64,000 bases of DNA from Octopus sinensis (GCF_006345805.1 NC_042997.1:199392001-199456000), one strand, 5' to 3'; numbered from the stretch's first letter, positions 51,355 to 64,000 are shown. The notes: generated by a model not told the origin, from the letters alone. A program made the numbers and translations.

Positions 51355-53466
51355 AAGGTGGAATTATAGATAATGTAAGTCTTCTCAAGCTCCTAGGAGT
51401 GGGATGGATGGGGAATTGCAATGACTGCAGCCTGTGTTGCTTACAAATTAATATAATTAAATAGTTCCTATATAAAATTAAACTGTCCTTGTTGGAAACA
51501 TCAAATTATTTAAGATAGTGGGGACAACAGAATAGCAATAATAATTATAATAATGAATGATGTTGTACCCTACGTGTGTGTTGTGCATGATAATTTTGTA
51601 AGATTTGTAATTAAATAGCTCTTATTGAATTAAATATATGTAATAAGAAAATATTTTTAACACTCTAATCAAGAGAAAATATTATTGCAACTTGGTTAAT
51701 TATATCTTTCGACTGAATTAGTCATTTGGATCCTAGGTTCTCATTAATTAACAAAGCAATAATAACTTTGAAAATAAGGAGAAATTATTTTAACAGTTAC
51801 TTAAAATATTATAGTTTAAGGCATAAAACTACAGATATGAATACATTTGAAGAAAATGAGTCAATTTCTGTTGTAATAGAATGAAGACAAATAAAGGGTA
51901 CCTTCTATGGAATGCAAACAATTTTTATTGATTTGAATGTTGAAGGGTTACGGTTATCAGTTCAGGATGCAGACAGTTTGGATGGGAAACCAAAAGAACA
52001 AGATTTCTAGTAAGACTAAATCACTTTGGACATAGGTTTGTGTGTCATATAGCTAGCTAGAGGTGTTGGCCTGTTGGAGCTAATCAATGACAGCTTTAGT
52101 CATATATTTATGGACTGCCATATTAGCTTGGTGATAACTGTTGATATCCAGTACCACTGCCAGTCTCCTTTAGAGAGAATTAGAAATAATATTTCTATTT
52201 TTGTAAACCACTTTATTTTCTGTTTACTAATCTGTAAAAGGCTCTTGACAAGAGTTTTGCTCTGTAGTTAACTGGTCACTAAAGAAACTATGTGTAGATA
52301 GATATATCGTAAAACCTATGCGAGTTACTTATGAAAGTATTATTAGCAAAGTTTGCATTGACAATAAATTCAGTGCTACATTTTGTGTCAAGATCGAAAT
52401 TGTAGTTGTGGCCAGTGCCACCTGACTGGCACCCATGCTGGTGGCATGTAATAAGCACCATTCAAGCATCCAGCTGTAGGAACCTTGCCAAATCAGACTG
52501 GAGCCTGGTGCAGCCTCCTTGCTTGCCAGTTTTCAGTCAAACCAGTCAACCCATGACAGCATGGAAGGCAAATGTTAAATGATGATGATGAGCTCCATCC
52601 TCAGTTGAGTCTTATACTTAAGACTATCAATGGCAATTAATATTAGGACTTTGGGTGTAAATGAAGCTACGTTTGCAGGAGAAAGAAAGTGTTTTGACAA
52701 TAAAATGTCAGTGTATTTCTTGAAGAAGAAATTAAACTTCTGCAGAGTTCTGTCAACTCTCTCCTCCTGTATGTGTAGCATGTACAAGCATAAATACTGC
52801 ATTGAGAGAGACATGTAATAAACAAGCACATGCTTTTGATAGGAATGTAAAGATCTGTGGTAAATGGCCTGAGTGGTTGGCGTTAGGAAGGGCATCCAGC
52901 TGTAGAAACTCTGCCAGATCAGATTGGAGTCTGGTTAACCAGACCTCAGTCAAATCGTCCAACCAATGCTAGCATGGAAAGCGGACATTAAATGATGATG
53001 ATGATGATGATGATATATACATATTTATATACATGCATACATATAGGCACAAATATACACTAGGGAGTGTAGTCAGACTGAACTCCCTATTACCAGTAAA
53101 TCACTCTTTATCATGAAACCAACAGCATACATTTGCATCACGTCCACCACTAGTTCAACCAACCATCCTAATCCTACACAAACAGACAGCAGTTATTATA
53201 GGCCACTTGCTGTTTCAGCTCACTTGTGCTCTTTCAGTCATGCTACTAGAACACACCTAACAAATCACACATGACTAATTTCTTTCCAGCCACTGCAGAT
53301 CTCCAACATCCAATTCACATGGCTCTCTCACAGACATGCAGCTTCTCACATTTTATACAGGCTTCTTACAGAAGGCAACATTTTTGTTGTCAATGTCAAA
53401 CTAGGTCTTATCGCTAGGTAATTGATTTAGTGAGTTTGTTATTTCATTATATACAGAAATTGAGTA

Positions 53467-54033
53467 AGGTGGTGAGCTAGCAGAAACGTTAGCACGCCGG
53501 GCAAAATGCTTTGTGTTATTTTGTCCGCCGCTGCGTTCTGAGTTCAAATTCCGCTGAGGACGACTTTGCCTTTCATCCTTTCGGGGTCGATAAATTAAGT
53601 ACCACTGATGCACTGGGGTTGATGTAATCAACTTAATCTGTTCGTCTGTATTTGTTTGTCCCCTCTGCGTTTAGCCCCTTCTGGGTAGTAAAGAAATAGG
53701 TATTTCGTCTGCCGCTACATTCTAAGTTCAAATTCCACCGAGGTCGACTTTGCCTTTCATCCTTTCGGGGTCGATAAATTAAGTACCATTGACGCACTGG
53801 GGTTGATGTAATTGACTTAATCCATTTGTCCACTCTGCGTTTAGCCCCTTGTGAGTAGTAAAGAAATTGGTATTTCATCTACCGTTACGTTCTGAGTTCA
53901 AATTCCGCCGAGGTCGACTTTGCCTTTCATCCATTCGAGGTCGATAAATTAAGTACCAGTGACACACTGGAGTCGATGTAATTGACTTAATCCGTTTGTC
54001 CCCTCTATGTTTAGCCCCTTGTGGGTAGTAATA
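53467..54033 (+). mobile_element. SINE family B tandem trimer
   Basis: One headed copy plus two headless copies joined at GGTATTTC (about 53700 and 53869). Confidence 0.85.
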
Positions 54034-54331
54034 AAATATGTTTTATTGCTCAAATTCCTTCTCTTCTCTGTATTGTTTATGACTGATTACTACATTCAGT
54101 TGTATGAGATGAATATCTCAGCTAAAGTTCAGGTCTATTTCCTTCAACTGAAATTGATTACAGACTTTCATGGCTTTTAATCTCGCTACTCCATCTCTGA
54201 ATGTGCTGCCGATATTCTCCTTTTATCTCCTCCAATAAACTCAGCCAATTTCAAAAGATCACAAATTATTCCACCAAGCTTTTTGTCCCTCTTCCCTTTC
54301 ATTAGTAACGTCCTCCGTATCACATTCTTAC

Positions 54332-54393
54332 ATCTGAAGATAATAACTTTTCCCATTTTTCAATTTTCTTTCTATCACAAATTCCTTTTAATC
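54332..54393 (-). CDS. Possible 62-nt exon on the minus strand (unverified)
   Basis: Strong acceptor TTTTCATTTTTCTTCAG|G and donor GAT|GTAAGA; one open frame (G)LKGICDRKKIEKWEKLLSSD. It lies in purine-rich sequence that may be a decayed element, and no partner exons were found. Confidence 0.2.
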
Positions 54394-55614
54394 CTGAAGA
54401 AAAATGAAAATTAAACAAGAGGCTTTCATTATTTATTTGCTTGAGGCAGAACAACCTACACATTCCACATTTATTCTTTCAGAAATTTCTTCAATTTTCA
54501 AAACAAAAAACACCAGACAATCTACCAGTGCAAATCCCTCTAGTCCAGATTTATTTCTTTTTATTTTATGGTTTCGTTCAAAAAGTAACAGAAGCACCTA
54601 TTATAACCTTGTTTTATAACTTCTAAGACTAACTAATTATAAATACATACCAGAAATATTGCATAAAACTGGTCATAAATTTGCATGAATAACATTAAAT
54701 CTTGTGTGCTATTTCACTCTGGTTGTATAATTAATTATTCATTACAAGCAGTATCTGCGGAAATTCCAGTTAGTTGAACTCAGTAACAGTGTTAGAAGTT
54801 AGAAGTAAACCATGAAATACAAATGTTTTTGTTTTTGAAACTGCATTTTTTTCTAAAGCACTGAAGGTATTGATGATGCAGTTTTAAGAAAGACCATCTT
54901 TTGAAAACTACATTCATTATAGTATTCTTGCCAACCTCTCCTCACTTGGGAGTTGTAATATATTGCTCTTATCAAACTATAGACCAGGTCCAAATGCTTG
55001 CAACAGGGTAGGACCATGTTGAAAGTACCCAGGGTTAGTATGTGGTGGTGTCAAATGGAGCACCCATGAACATGAATGGTTCATTTGGATTGCTTACAGA
55101 GAGTTTCTGCCAATTCAAATACAGTCATAAGACTACAATAAAAGATATTTGCCCAAGGAATTGTGCAGTTGTAGGGAACTTGGAACCGTATGATTCTTAG
55201 GCAAATTTTTTTAACCACATGACCTCTTTCCAGTAATGCAATAGCAGACGAAGCAAATTTTTTCAACAGTTCTGAGCAGTTTTCAAGAATTTTGAGTTTT
55301 TTGTTTTGTTTTTAATGGCCATACTGAAAGCAGCTTCTGCTGATATGAAGCTCTAACATTTTCTTCAGTAGATGTACCACGATAAATGTGATATGGAATT
55401 TCTTCATTTATCCATGAAGTGTCATCTTCTCTTTATGGCAAATGTGTGGTTAAGAAGTTTGCTTTCCATAGAAAATTTGCCTCAACAGACTAACCGACCC
55501 ATGCAAACACGGAAAAAATGGATGCTTAAACAATGATGATGATGGTGTGTGTATGCACATTACTGTAGTATAGTTTTTATGGAACATTGCCAGATATATA
55601 TATATCAAAAATAA

Positions 55615-55808
55615 GACCTCGTGTGTACCGTTGGCAATTTTTTTCCCTCTATCTTCCCTTCTCTGGATCTTTCTTTCTCCTATGTTTCCGACGGAGAGCT
55701 CCGCTCAAAACGTTAAACCCTCCTTCTTTCCTGAGCGTCCAATAATACTAAATTTGTTCCACGTCCTTGCGTTGTTGTGTTTTTTTGTGCTTTCTTGTTT
55801 GGATTAAC
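55615..55808 (+). mobile_element. PLE-type terminal repeat family P3 with hammerhead relic (55684-55718)
   Basis: GTTT-CCGACGG-A-GAGC(TCC)GCTC-AAAAC-GTT-AAAC; ends in (TA)n. Confidence 0.55.
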
Positions 55809-56044
55809 TATATATATCTATCTATATATAATTTAAATATTTTTATAAAGCCAAAACAATGCATGTTATAAAAAAATGAATACAAGTTGATGGTTACATT
55901 TATATATGCATGTGTGTGTGTGTGTGTGAGAGAGAAAGAGAGAGAGAGAATGTGTGCATGTGTGTGTGTGTATATATATATTATATATAGACTAGTTTCG
56001 AGGTGTTTGCCTCTTATCAATATATATATATATATGATGCTCCA

Positions 56045-56265
56045 GTTCACTCAGCTGTAGAAATGAGTTGCGATGTCACAGGTGCCAAGCTGTATCGGCC
56101 CCTTTGCCTTTCCCTTGGATAACAATGGTGGCGTGGAGAGGGGAGGCCGGTATGCATGGGCGACTGCTGACCTTCCATAAACAACCTTGCCTGGACTTGT
56201 GCCTGGGAGGGTAACTTTCTAGGTGCAATCCCATGGTCAGTCATGACCGAAGGGGGTCTCAGCAG
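56045..56265 (+). mobile_element. SINE-like repeat body (headless)
   Basis: GC-rich block starting CCAGTTCACTCAGCTGTAGAAATGAGT, similar to SINE central domains; single copy in this window. Confidence 0.4.
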
Positions 56266-56624
56266 CAGCATATGTTTATGTATATGCCTGTGTGAGTGAG
56301 TTTGTATTCCTTTGTATTCACTGGTTTGCAAGCAATGATTTTCTGAAATCTATCAGGAAACGTGTGGGGGATGTCTGTTGTTCGATGGATTAAGAGATTG
56401 TTACAGTGCTTAGAAACATGAGGTAAATGGCAAGAGCAATGGCATCTGGCCAAGGGAAACCTCTGCCTCAAAGTACTCTTGTCTGACCCATACAAGCAGG
56501 GAAAAGGTGACAGTAAAACAATGTTGATGTTGCTGCTATTGATGCCAAAATTGTTTTGTACTTAATATCCAATTAAATATGAACATTAATGGAATCTTAC
56601 AGCTGTTACGCTTTATTCTTTTAT

Positions 56625-56830
56625 TCTTTTATTTGTTTCAGTCATTTGACTGCCGCTATGCTGAAGCACTGCCTTTAGTCGAGCAAATCGACCCCAGGAC
56701 TTATTCTTTGTAAGCCTAGTACTTAATCTATCGGTCTCTCTTGCCGAACCGGTAGGTGATGGGGATGTAAACACACCAGCATCAGTTGTCAAGCGATGTT
56801 GGGAGGACAAACACAGACACACAAACATAT

Positions 56831-56873
<43 letters not shown>

Positions 56874-57040
56874 ACAGACTTCTTTCAGTTTCTATCTGCC
56901 AAATCCACTCACAAGGCTTTGGTTGGCCCGAGTCTATAGTTGAAGACACTTGCCTAAGGTGCCATGTAGTGGGACTGAACTCGGAAGCAAGCTACTTACC
57001 ACACAACCACTCCTGTGCCTACTTATCACACAGCCACTCC
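56625..57040 (-). mobile_element. SINE family A, full length
   Basis: Complete element on the minus strand. Confidence 0.85.
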
Positions 57041-58250
57041 TTTTGGCTAGGAATGTAAATATACTCACTGATATTTCTATTTAACCACACTGAAGGTCCA
57101 AAACCACATGCTGGTTTTGATAATACCAAGATAGAAATTCTATGCCCAGTAGAGAACAACCAGCTACTGCATAAAAATTTGCAGTTATGTTTCCTATCTA
57201 TCAACAGACTATTTAAAGTAATATTTCTTTTTCACTAGTCAGAGAAAGGTAAAAATACTCATAACCTTATTGTAGCGTCACTGAAACTGCTGGGAAGAAT
57301 AAACTACAATTCATGGGTGATCTTCAGACTGTATGCTTGTAACAGAATGAATTTTATAGAAGGTACCCATGGCCAGCTGGGGGTATTAAACCAAGAGACA
57401 GGCTTTGTCATGTAAGAAAATGAAGGGAATCTGTAACACCTGCTTTGGTGATATGGCCCAGAATGTGTGTGTGTGTGTAGTAGATGAACTGTTTGACATC
57501 TAATGAGCAATATTCTGAGGAGTAAACATGTCTATTTGTCCCTGAATTGCTAAACCAACAAAGTAGCCATTATGTGCTTGACTTACTTGTTAGAAATACC
57601 AGCCATATTTGCTTGTATCACATCACGCTATCTTAAGAAAGGATGGACAATGTAATACTAGAGATAAAACAATACAGGTTGGTACCAGCCATGAATGCCT
57701 TTGAACATAGGTGTATTTTGAAACAAGAACTACAAATTTGTGAGGCATGTAGTTTTTCTTACCTGTATTAAGTTTTGACTAAGTTCTTTGTGGCAACCTC
57801 CACTACCAAATTTAGATCATAAATTCATGCTTAGAAATATTTTGTTACAAGAACACATGGATATACATGTGTGTGTGTGTGTGTGTGCATGTGTTTGTTT
57901 GAGAAAAAGAAATGGTTGGTACTCGGCATTTAGCAATGAATGTCACAGTGTGCTATCAATTGGTAGAGACATAGAAAGTGTCTGGAAGTTTAATTCTTGT
58001 TCTGGCTCACTGTTATATCCAAATTCTACTGCGGTCAACTTGGTTATTTCAGCATTGATAAAGTGCCATTCCAAGTTTGGTGGAATTACTAAAGTGTCAG
58101 ACAAGATGCCTTGCCACATTTGTTCCGGTTATCTTTATTCTGAGTTTTTGGTTGGTAGATTAAATTCAACACCCAGTTTATGACCACCAATTCAAAAATA
58201 AACAATTCAATAGTATAGTTAATTTTATTTTATTTCTTTTAATATAGTAA

Positions 58251-58472
58251 CCCTTTCGTTACTAACCCGGCTGAAAGTGGCTCTGGCTCTGTAGTACAAA
58301 TGTCTTGCTTACATAAATTTTGAATCAAAATCTTCCACCAAACCTTAGTCACAATTTATGTTCCCTAACACTAGCTGAATGATAACGAAATTATTTCAGT
58401 AAATTCTTTGTTATATTTAGAGTAATTGAAAGAAATACAGAGCATCTCAAAATAAATACAGTAACGAAAAAG
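58251..58472 (-). mobile_element. piggyBac-like (TTAA) MITE monomer
   Basis: CCCTTTCGTTAC...GTAACGAAAAAG with GTAA/TTAA flanks; same family as the dimers. Confidence 0.75.
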
Positions 58473-59459
58473 TTAAGGAAGATTGGTAGGTAACCTTACT
58501 GAATTGACCTCAATACAGTCTAATATACTTTAGATACTTAGTGACATTTTAAAATGTAATATCTGCTACCTTATTTACATGTATATATGCGTGTGTGTGT
58601 TTGACATTTTTATCTCATAATTTATAATTTATACAACCATAACATATGAACCACAATTTATACTACCATTTGATTTTTTTACAAACAATTTTGTTGCTCA
58701 TTATTGGTGTCTTTCACAACCTTATGATTTTAATGCATAATTTGCTTCCCTTTTTTTTTTTTTTGTACTACAATGAAAAACTCGTAAATAGAACCAGGTA
58801 AAATCTATGATGAAATACACTCCTTGACAGCTATATTTTCTAGTACACAATAACCCTCTCTCTCTCTTTCGGAGAGGCACTGAGCAGCAATATGCACACA
58901 TACACACACGGCAGTAACTTCCACCTACCGAATTCAATCACAAAGCTCCGGTCGGCTCGGGGCTACCCAAAGTGCCACGCAGTGGGACTGAACCCGAAAC
59001 CATGTAGCTAGGAAGCAAGCTCCCTAACCACACAGCCATGCCCATACAAGAAACAGTTATAATGGTTATAATGTTTTTTTTGTATGCAAAACATAAAATT
59101 TTACATCCATTTCAATCTATTTAGTTGTATAATTAGTTTTTACTAGCTGTACTTGAATTTTCTTGAAGTTAATACAGAACCATGAAATAAATATAAATAT
59201 ATATAGCTGCAGCATGGCTGTGTGGTGAGAAGCTTGCTTCTAAACAACATGGTTCTGGGTTCAGTCCTACTGTATGGCACGTTGGGCAAGTGTCTTCTAC
59301 TATAGCCTCAGGATGTCCAAAGCCTTGTGAGTGGATTTGGCAGATGGAAACTGGAAGAAGCCCAACGTATATATATATTACAGTTCTATATTTAAGAGAT
59401 GAGGAATTATGTACATTATTTACATTTGATGGATATTTGTCCTCATCTTGTTTGTTGTT

Positions 59460-59505
59460 AACACAACGTTTCAGCTGATATACCCTCCAGCCTTCATCAG
59501 GTGTC
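59460..59505 (-). ncRNA. Minimal type I hammerhead ribozyme motif, core intact
   Basis: GACAC-CUGAUGA-A-GGCUG(GAGGGUAUAU)CAGCU-GAAAC-GUU^GUGUU: 5-bp stem I, stem II with a G-U closing pair, palindromic AACGUU stem III as in PLE minimal hammerheads. Confidence 0.75.
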
Positions 59506-59535
59506 TTGGGAAAACCAGATTCGAAATTTCCCCAA

Positions 59536-59581
59536 GACACCTGATGAAGGCTGGAGGGTATATGAGCTGAAACATTGTGTT
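59536..59581 (+). ncRNA. Minimal type I hammerhead motif with two stem mismatches
   Basis: GACAC-CUGAUGA-A-GGCUG...GAGCU-GAAAC-AUU^GUGUU; C-to-G in stem II and G-to-A in stem III. Confidence 0.55.
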
Positions 59582-60859
59582 AACAACAAACAAGATGAGG
59601 ACAAATACCTGTCAAATGTAAATAATGTGTATGTGTGTGTGTGTGCGTGTATTTGTGTGTCTATGCTTGTACCCCAAAACATCACTCGACAACCGGTGTT
59701 GGTGCCTTTATGTCTCCGTAACTTAGTGGTTTGGCAAAAGAGACTGATAGAATAAGTACTAAGCTTACAAAGAGTAAGTCCTGGGGTCGATTTGTTCTAC
59801 TAAAGGCAGTGCTCCAGCATGGTCACAGTCAAATGACCAAAACAAATAAATGAATATTATTCTAAGTATTTTTTTTCTAAAACATTTGCTTCTCCTCAAG
59901 ATGGTGCGGTCTGAAGAAAGAATATTTTGAAAACCACATAGTTGTACACTACTTATCTCTGCTACTTTGAGACTTCTACTCTCACATTTTATTTTTACAT
60001 CAAAAAGTGAATGTATTGTTGAAAATGATACAAGCAATCTTCTATGATTAAAATTACTGAAGGTACATGGCCTAGTGGAGGCACATGGCCAGGTGGTTAG
60101 AGCAGTGGACTTACAGTCGAGGGATCGAATCTCAGACCAGACGATGTGTGTGTGTTTATGGGCAAAACACCTAAGCTCCACATGGCTCCGGCAGAAGATA
60201 ATGGCAACACTTTGCTCACTCTTTCGCCACAACTTGCTCTCACTCTTTCCTCCTGCATCTAACAGCTCAACTATGATGGACCAGTGCCCCATCCATGTAA
60301 GGAACCCATAAGCTGATGAAACCAGGAAACCGGCCCTTATGAGCCAGACATAGCTCGAGAAGGAACAAACAACAAACAAAATTATTGAAAATATATTCTT
60401 AACTTTGGAATGGAACAGAAGATATAACTGTTCATCGTCATTGTTTTTATTCCCACTTTTTCATGCTTGCATGGATCAGACAGAATTTATTGGGGTAGAT
60501 TTTCAATGACCAGATGCCCTTCTTGTGGCAACCCTTGCCTGTTTCTAAGTATTCCTCCTTGGCCTGAGAAGTTTTTCACAGAAGAATGAAAATGAATGTT
60601 GCTTATTTTCAACTATTGAGCAGTGCCAAGACAAAAATACACACATACACATGAGCTTCTTTCAGTTTCCATCTACCAAATCCACTTGTAATACTTTGGT
60701 AAGGTCAGAGGTATAGTAGATGTTTGCTTAAGGTACCACACAGCAGGACTAAACCTGAAATTGCAAATTTGGGAAGTATGCTTCTTAACCACACAGCCAT
60801 GTCTACATCATCATCATCATACCTTCATGTTCCATGCGGGCATGGGCTGAACAGTTAAA

Positions 60860-61100
60860 CCCATTCATGCTGATAAGCCATTTAAAATAACAATTTATAA
60901 GGGTATAAAACAAATACTTCATACAAATTGTGATTTGTGTATGATCTGTATTAAAGAATGAAACATGTTCTTAATGTGTATGCAGTCTGTATCAAATGGA
61001 CTTCAATGAAATTTTTTACAATTGTTATTTAGGTCAAAATCATAGTATCTGTGAATTTTCAGACAATTTCATTCATGAGAAAAACTTCAGCATGAATGGG
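60860..61100. mobile_element. Second piggyBac-like (TTAA) MITE family
   Basis: Perfect 14-bp TIRs CCCATTCATGCTGA / TCAGCATGAATGGG; TTAA on both sides (one extra A on the left). Confidence 0.75.
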
Positions 61101-62329
61101 TTAACAGGATCTTAAGTGTCCAAAGACTGCATTGTTAGAAGCTGTAACTTGCCTGAAGCCCTTGATTTGACCAAAATAAAATATATCATCATCATCATCA
61201 TCATCATTGTTTTTACATCCATTTTTCCATGCTGGCATGGTTGGACAGACTTTACAAAGGTAGATTTTCTATGGCCAGATGCCCTTCTTGTCGCCTGGCC
61301 TAGATTCCCGATGATACAGGCTCATTCTGTGAGTCTACAAAACTAAATTGCATGGAGCTGAGTTAAACTGTTATCAAATCATGTGTGTGTGTGTGTGTGT
61401 ACATACAAATATGTATATGTGTGTATGCATCAATTAATAATAGATATTTGCTAAATGAATTGTCTTATGAATAATAAATATATACCAATAAAGATGTTCA
61501 CATCATTTATATAATATAAATGGTGTGAACATATGGCTTCAATTTCATTCCATAGTTTATCAGTCTTGAATATGCTATAAACGTGTGTATGATAAATGAT
61601 GTCTTTAATATCATTCCTTAGTTAAATTAACACTTTAAAAAAAATCTTGCATAGGTAGACCATAGGAAAATAATATTAACGATAAATTAAGATAGTTACT
61701 TTAGATTGAATAAGTAAAAAGATATGATTAGTTACGCTCTATATGAAGGTGAGAACGAATTTGATAAGTTAAAGGTTAGTATTTGGAAAAGAAATACAGG
61801 TGGGAGGGACATTCTTTGATGATGCAATCCTGAGACGTCAAGAATGAAAAGGATATTGAACAGTGAGTTTTGGAAGATGGTCATAATATCATATTTTTAA
61901 AGAAAAGGCGGCGAGCTGGCAGAAACGTTAGCATACCCAGCGAAATGCTTAGTATTTCACCTGCCATTACATTCTGAGTTCAAATTCTGCCGAGGTCGAC
62001 TTTACCTTTCATCCTTTCGGGGTCGATTAAATAAGTACCATTTACAAACTGTGGTCGATGTAATCGACTTAATCCCTTTGTTTGTCTCCTCTATGTTTAG
62101 CCCCCTGTGGGCAATAAAGAAATAAATATATTTTTAAAAAGATGAAAAATTTTGGTAGTAATTCTTTTGTGTTAGCCCCAGTCAGTTCTGTTGAAACAAC
62201 TCAGTACCACAGAGGTAGTCAATATATTTACAAGGTGCAGACCACAGATCCAGTGCTCCAGATATTTACCATTTTGGGAACTATGTCATGTACTCCAAGT
62301 TACAAGATCTTATCATATAAAGTACAATG

Positions 62330-62737
62330 TCCCAGTCTGTGAATGTTGCATTCCCTGCTATGTCAAGTATGTTCTTGCAAAATCGTTGTTGTGTTTGTTA
62401 TTGTCATTTAGTTACAGATTATCCTCGCTTAAGCAGACCAGTTGCATAAACTTACAATCTATAAAACCGCTAGTAACATTTTGACCAATTATAAGTCAAT
62501 TGCTCATCAGTATAAAAGTATACACACTTACCACTTGCTCCCTTCCCTCGATTACTCCTTTATACACTTAATATTTCTCTTTCTCGTGATCCCTATGCTT
62601 CTTTTGCTCTTTTTTATTTTCCTTCTGATGAAAGACTAACGCCTGAAATATTAAGGTTCTTTCTTCACTGTAATGGAAACCTAATGCTATATTCATTAAA
62701 CTCCATCCAGTTCATTTTCGTGTTTATTGTCTTTACA
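62330..62737 (+). mobile_element. PLE-type terminal repeat family P4
   Basis: Pyrimidine-rich run into a hammerhead motif, then a T-rich tail and (CA)n; the 5' boundary is approximate. Confidence 0.5.
62621..62656 (+). ncRNA. Minimal type I hammerhead ribozyme motif
   Basis: CCUU-CUGAUGA-A-AGAC(UAAC)GCCU-GAAAU-AUU^AAGG: 4-bp stem I, 3/4-paired stem II, palindromic AAUAUU stem III. Confidence 0.6.
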
Positions 62738-64000
62738 AACACACACACACAATATATATGTATATACACACACCAATATATATATACATACAATATACAC
62801 ACCAATATATATACATACATACATGCATATATGGGTACAGGACATCACCAAAGGTGCAAATAACATGAATTACATAAACAAATGAGTTAAATATGTAAAC
62901 AACAAGAAAAAAAATGGAAAACAGGACAACTAAACACAGAGAAAGGACCCTTCATCAGTTGTTGGCTGCCTATCTACTCTTCATTTCCGGCATTCAATGA
63001 CAATGAGTCTTCAAAGACAGTTGGTCCCATAAATTCATCATCATCGTTTAACGTCCGCTTTCCATGCTAGCATGGGTTGGACGGTTCAACTGGGGTCTGG
63101 GGAGCCCGAAGGCTGCACCAGGCCAGTCAGATCTGGCAGTGTTTCTACAGCTGGATTCTAAAGTAAAATTTAGGATTTATGGAGAGTCAAAGCTGGGAAC
63201 AAAAACATGACAGTGGAGACATACAGGGAAACCGAACGAAAACAAATATGGAGGGTTGTTAGACCAGGATGAGAGGAAAATAGTGAATGCTGTGAGGATA
63301 AGTATTATAGAATAAGTACTAGCCTTACAAGACGAAGGTGGCGAGCTGGCAGAAACGTTAGCACGCCGGGCGAAATGCGTAGCTGTATTTCGTCTGTTGT
63401 TACGTTGTGAGTTCAAATTCCGCCGAGGTTGACTTTGCTTTTCATCCTTTCGCGGGTCGATTAAATAAGTACCATTTACGAATTGGGGTTGATATAGTCG
63501 ACTTAATAACTATGCCTATCCTTGTTTGTCCCCTCTGTGTTTAGCCCCTTGTGGGTAATAAAGAAATAAGTACTAGCCTTACAAAGAATGTCCTGGGGTC
63601 AATTGGCTCGACTAAAGGCGGTGCTCCAGCATGGCTGCAGTCAAATGACTGACACAAGTAAATGAGTAAAAGAGCATACAATAAAATGGATGGGCGAGGG
63701 TATTATGTGGCCATGAGGGTGGGTGGTGGGGGCAGTGACCCAAAATGTTTGAGAACCTCTGCTGTAGATGTACTCTTATGATGGTGTTGTTCAAGTATTG
63801 CCAGAATTTTGAAGGAGAAGAGGTTTAAAGATGATGTTGTAGAAGTATCGTTGGAATTATATTACTGAAGTGTTTTTAGAATAGCCTTGCATAAATGGTT
63901 TTATGATGGTGCAGCAAAAGTGTGAAGTGTTGTAGTGTTGTTTTGAAATTTTGTAGAGGCTTTGTTAAGATGGTATTGTAGGTTTGCTGAAATGTGTTAT

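Larger units (their letters stand above)
59208..59855 (+). mobile_element. SINE family A interrupted by an inverted pair of hammerhead tails (59379-59628)
   Basis: Head and core at 59208-59370; the 3' half resumes at about 59630. Confidence 0.8.

Noticed and set aside
60303-60340. CATAAG-CTGATGA...GGAAAC...CTTATG hammerhead look-alike
   Set aside because: No stem II can form between CTGATGA and GAAA; it lies in a SINE-D variant tail and is probably a chance match.
62945-62995. Minus-strand GGAAA...CTGATGAAGGG, a possible circularly permuted hammerhead
   Set aside because: I could not build stems I and III; unresolved without a family consensus.

Overview
AT-rich eukaryotic DNA, almost entirely intronic or intergenic and dense with microsatellites and short repeats. 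The repeat families match those I recall from Octopus genomes; this is an inference, not a database result. Only one protein-coding exon is well supported (+ strand, 44131-44305, Ser-rich, gene not recognised). The ORF track is otherwise microsatellite, SINE or decayed-LINE noise. The rest is three tRNA-headed SINE families, an RTE 3'-UTR repeat, decayed RTE/L2/CR1/Penelope/mariner coding remnants, and several MITEs (Merlin-like, hAT, piggyBac-like, Helitron-like). The main signal is a set of minimal type I hammerhead-ribozyme motifs in at least four unrelated Penelope-type terminal repeats. One of these is a ~260-300 bp non-autonomous element that joins a tRNA-like Pol III head to a hammerhead-bearing tail and repeatedly inserts with an inverted copy of its own tail at the 5' end. 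No prokaryotic features, CRISPR arrays, rRNA or intact tRNA genes were seen.
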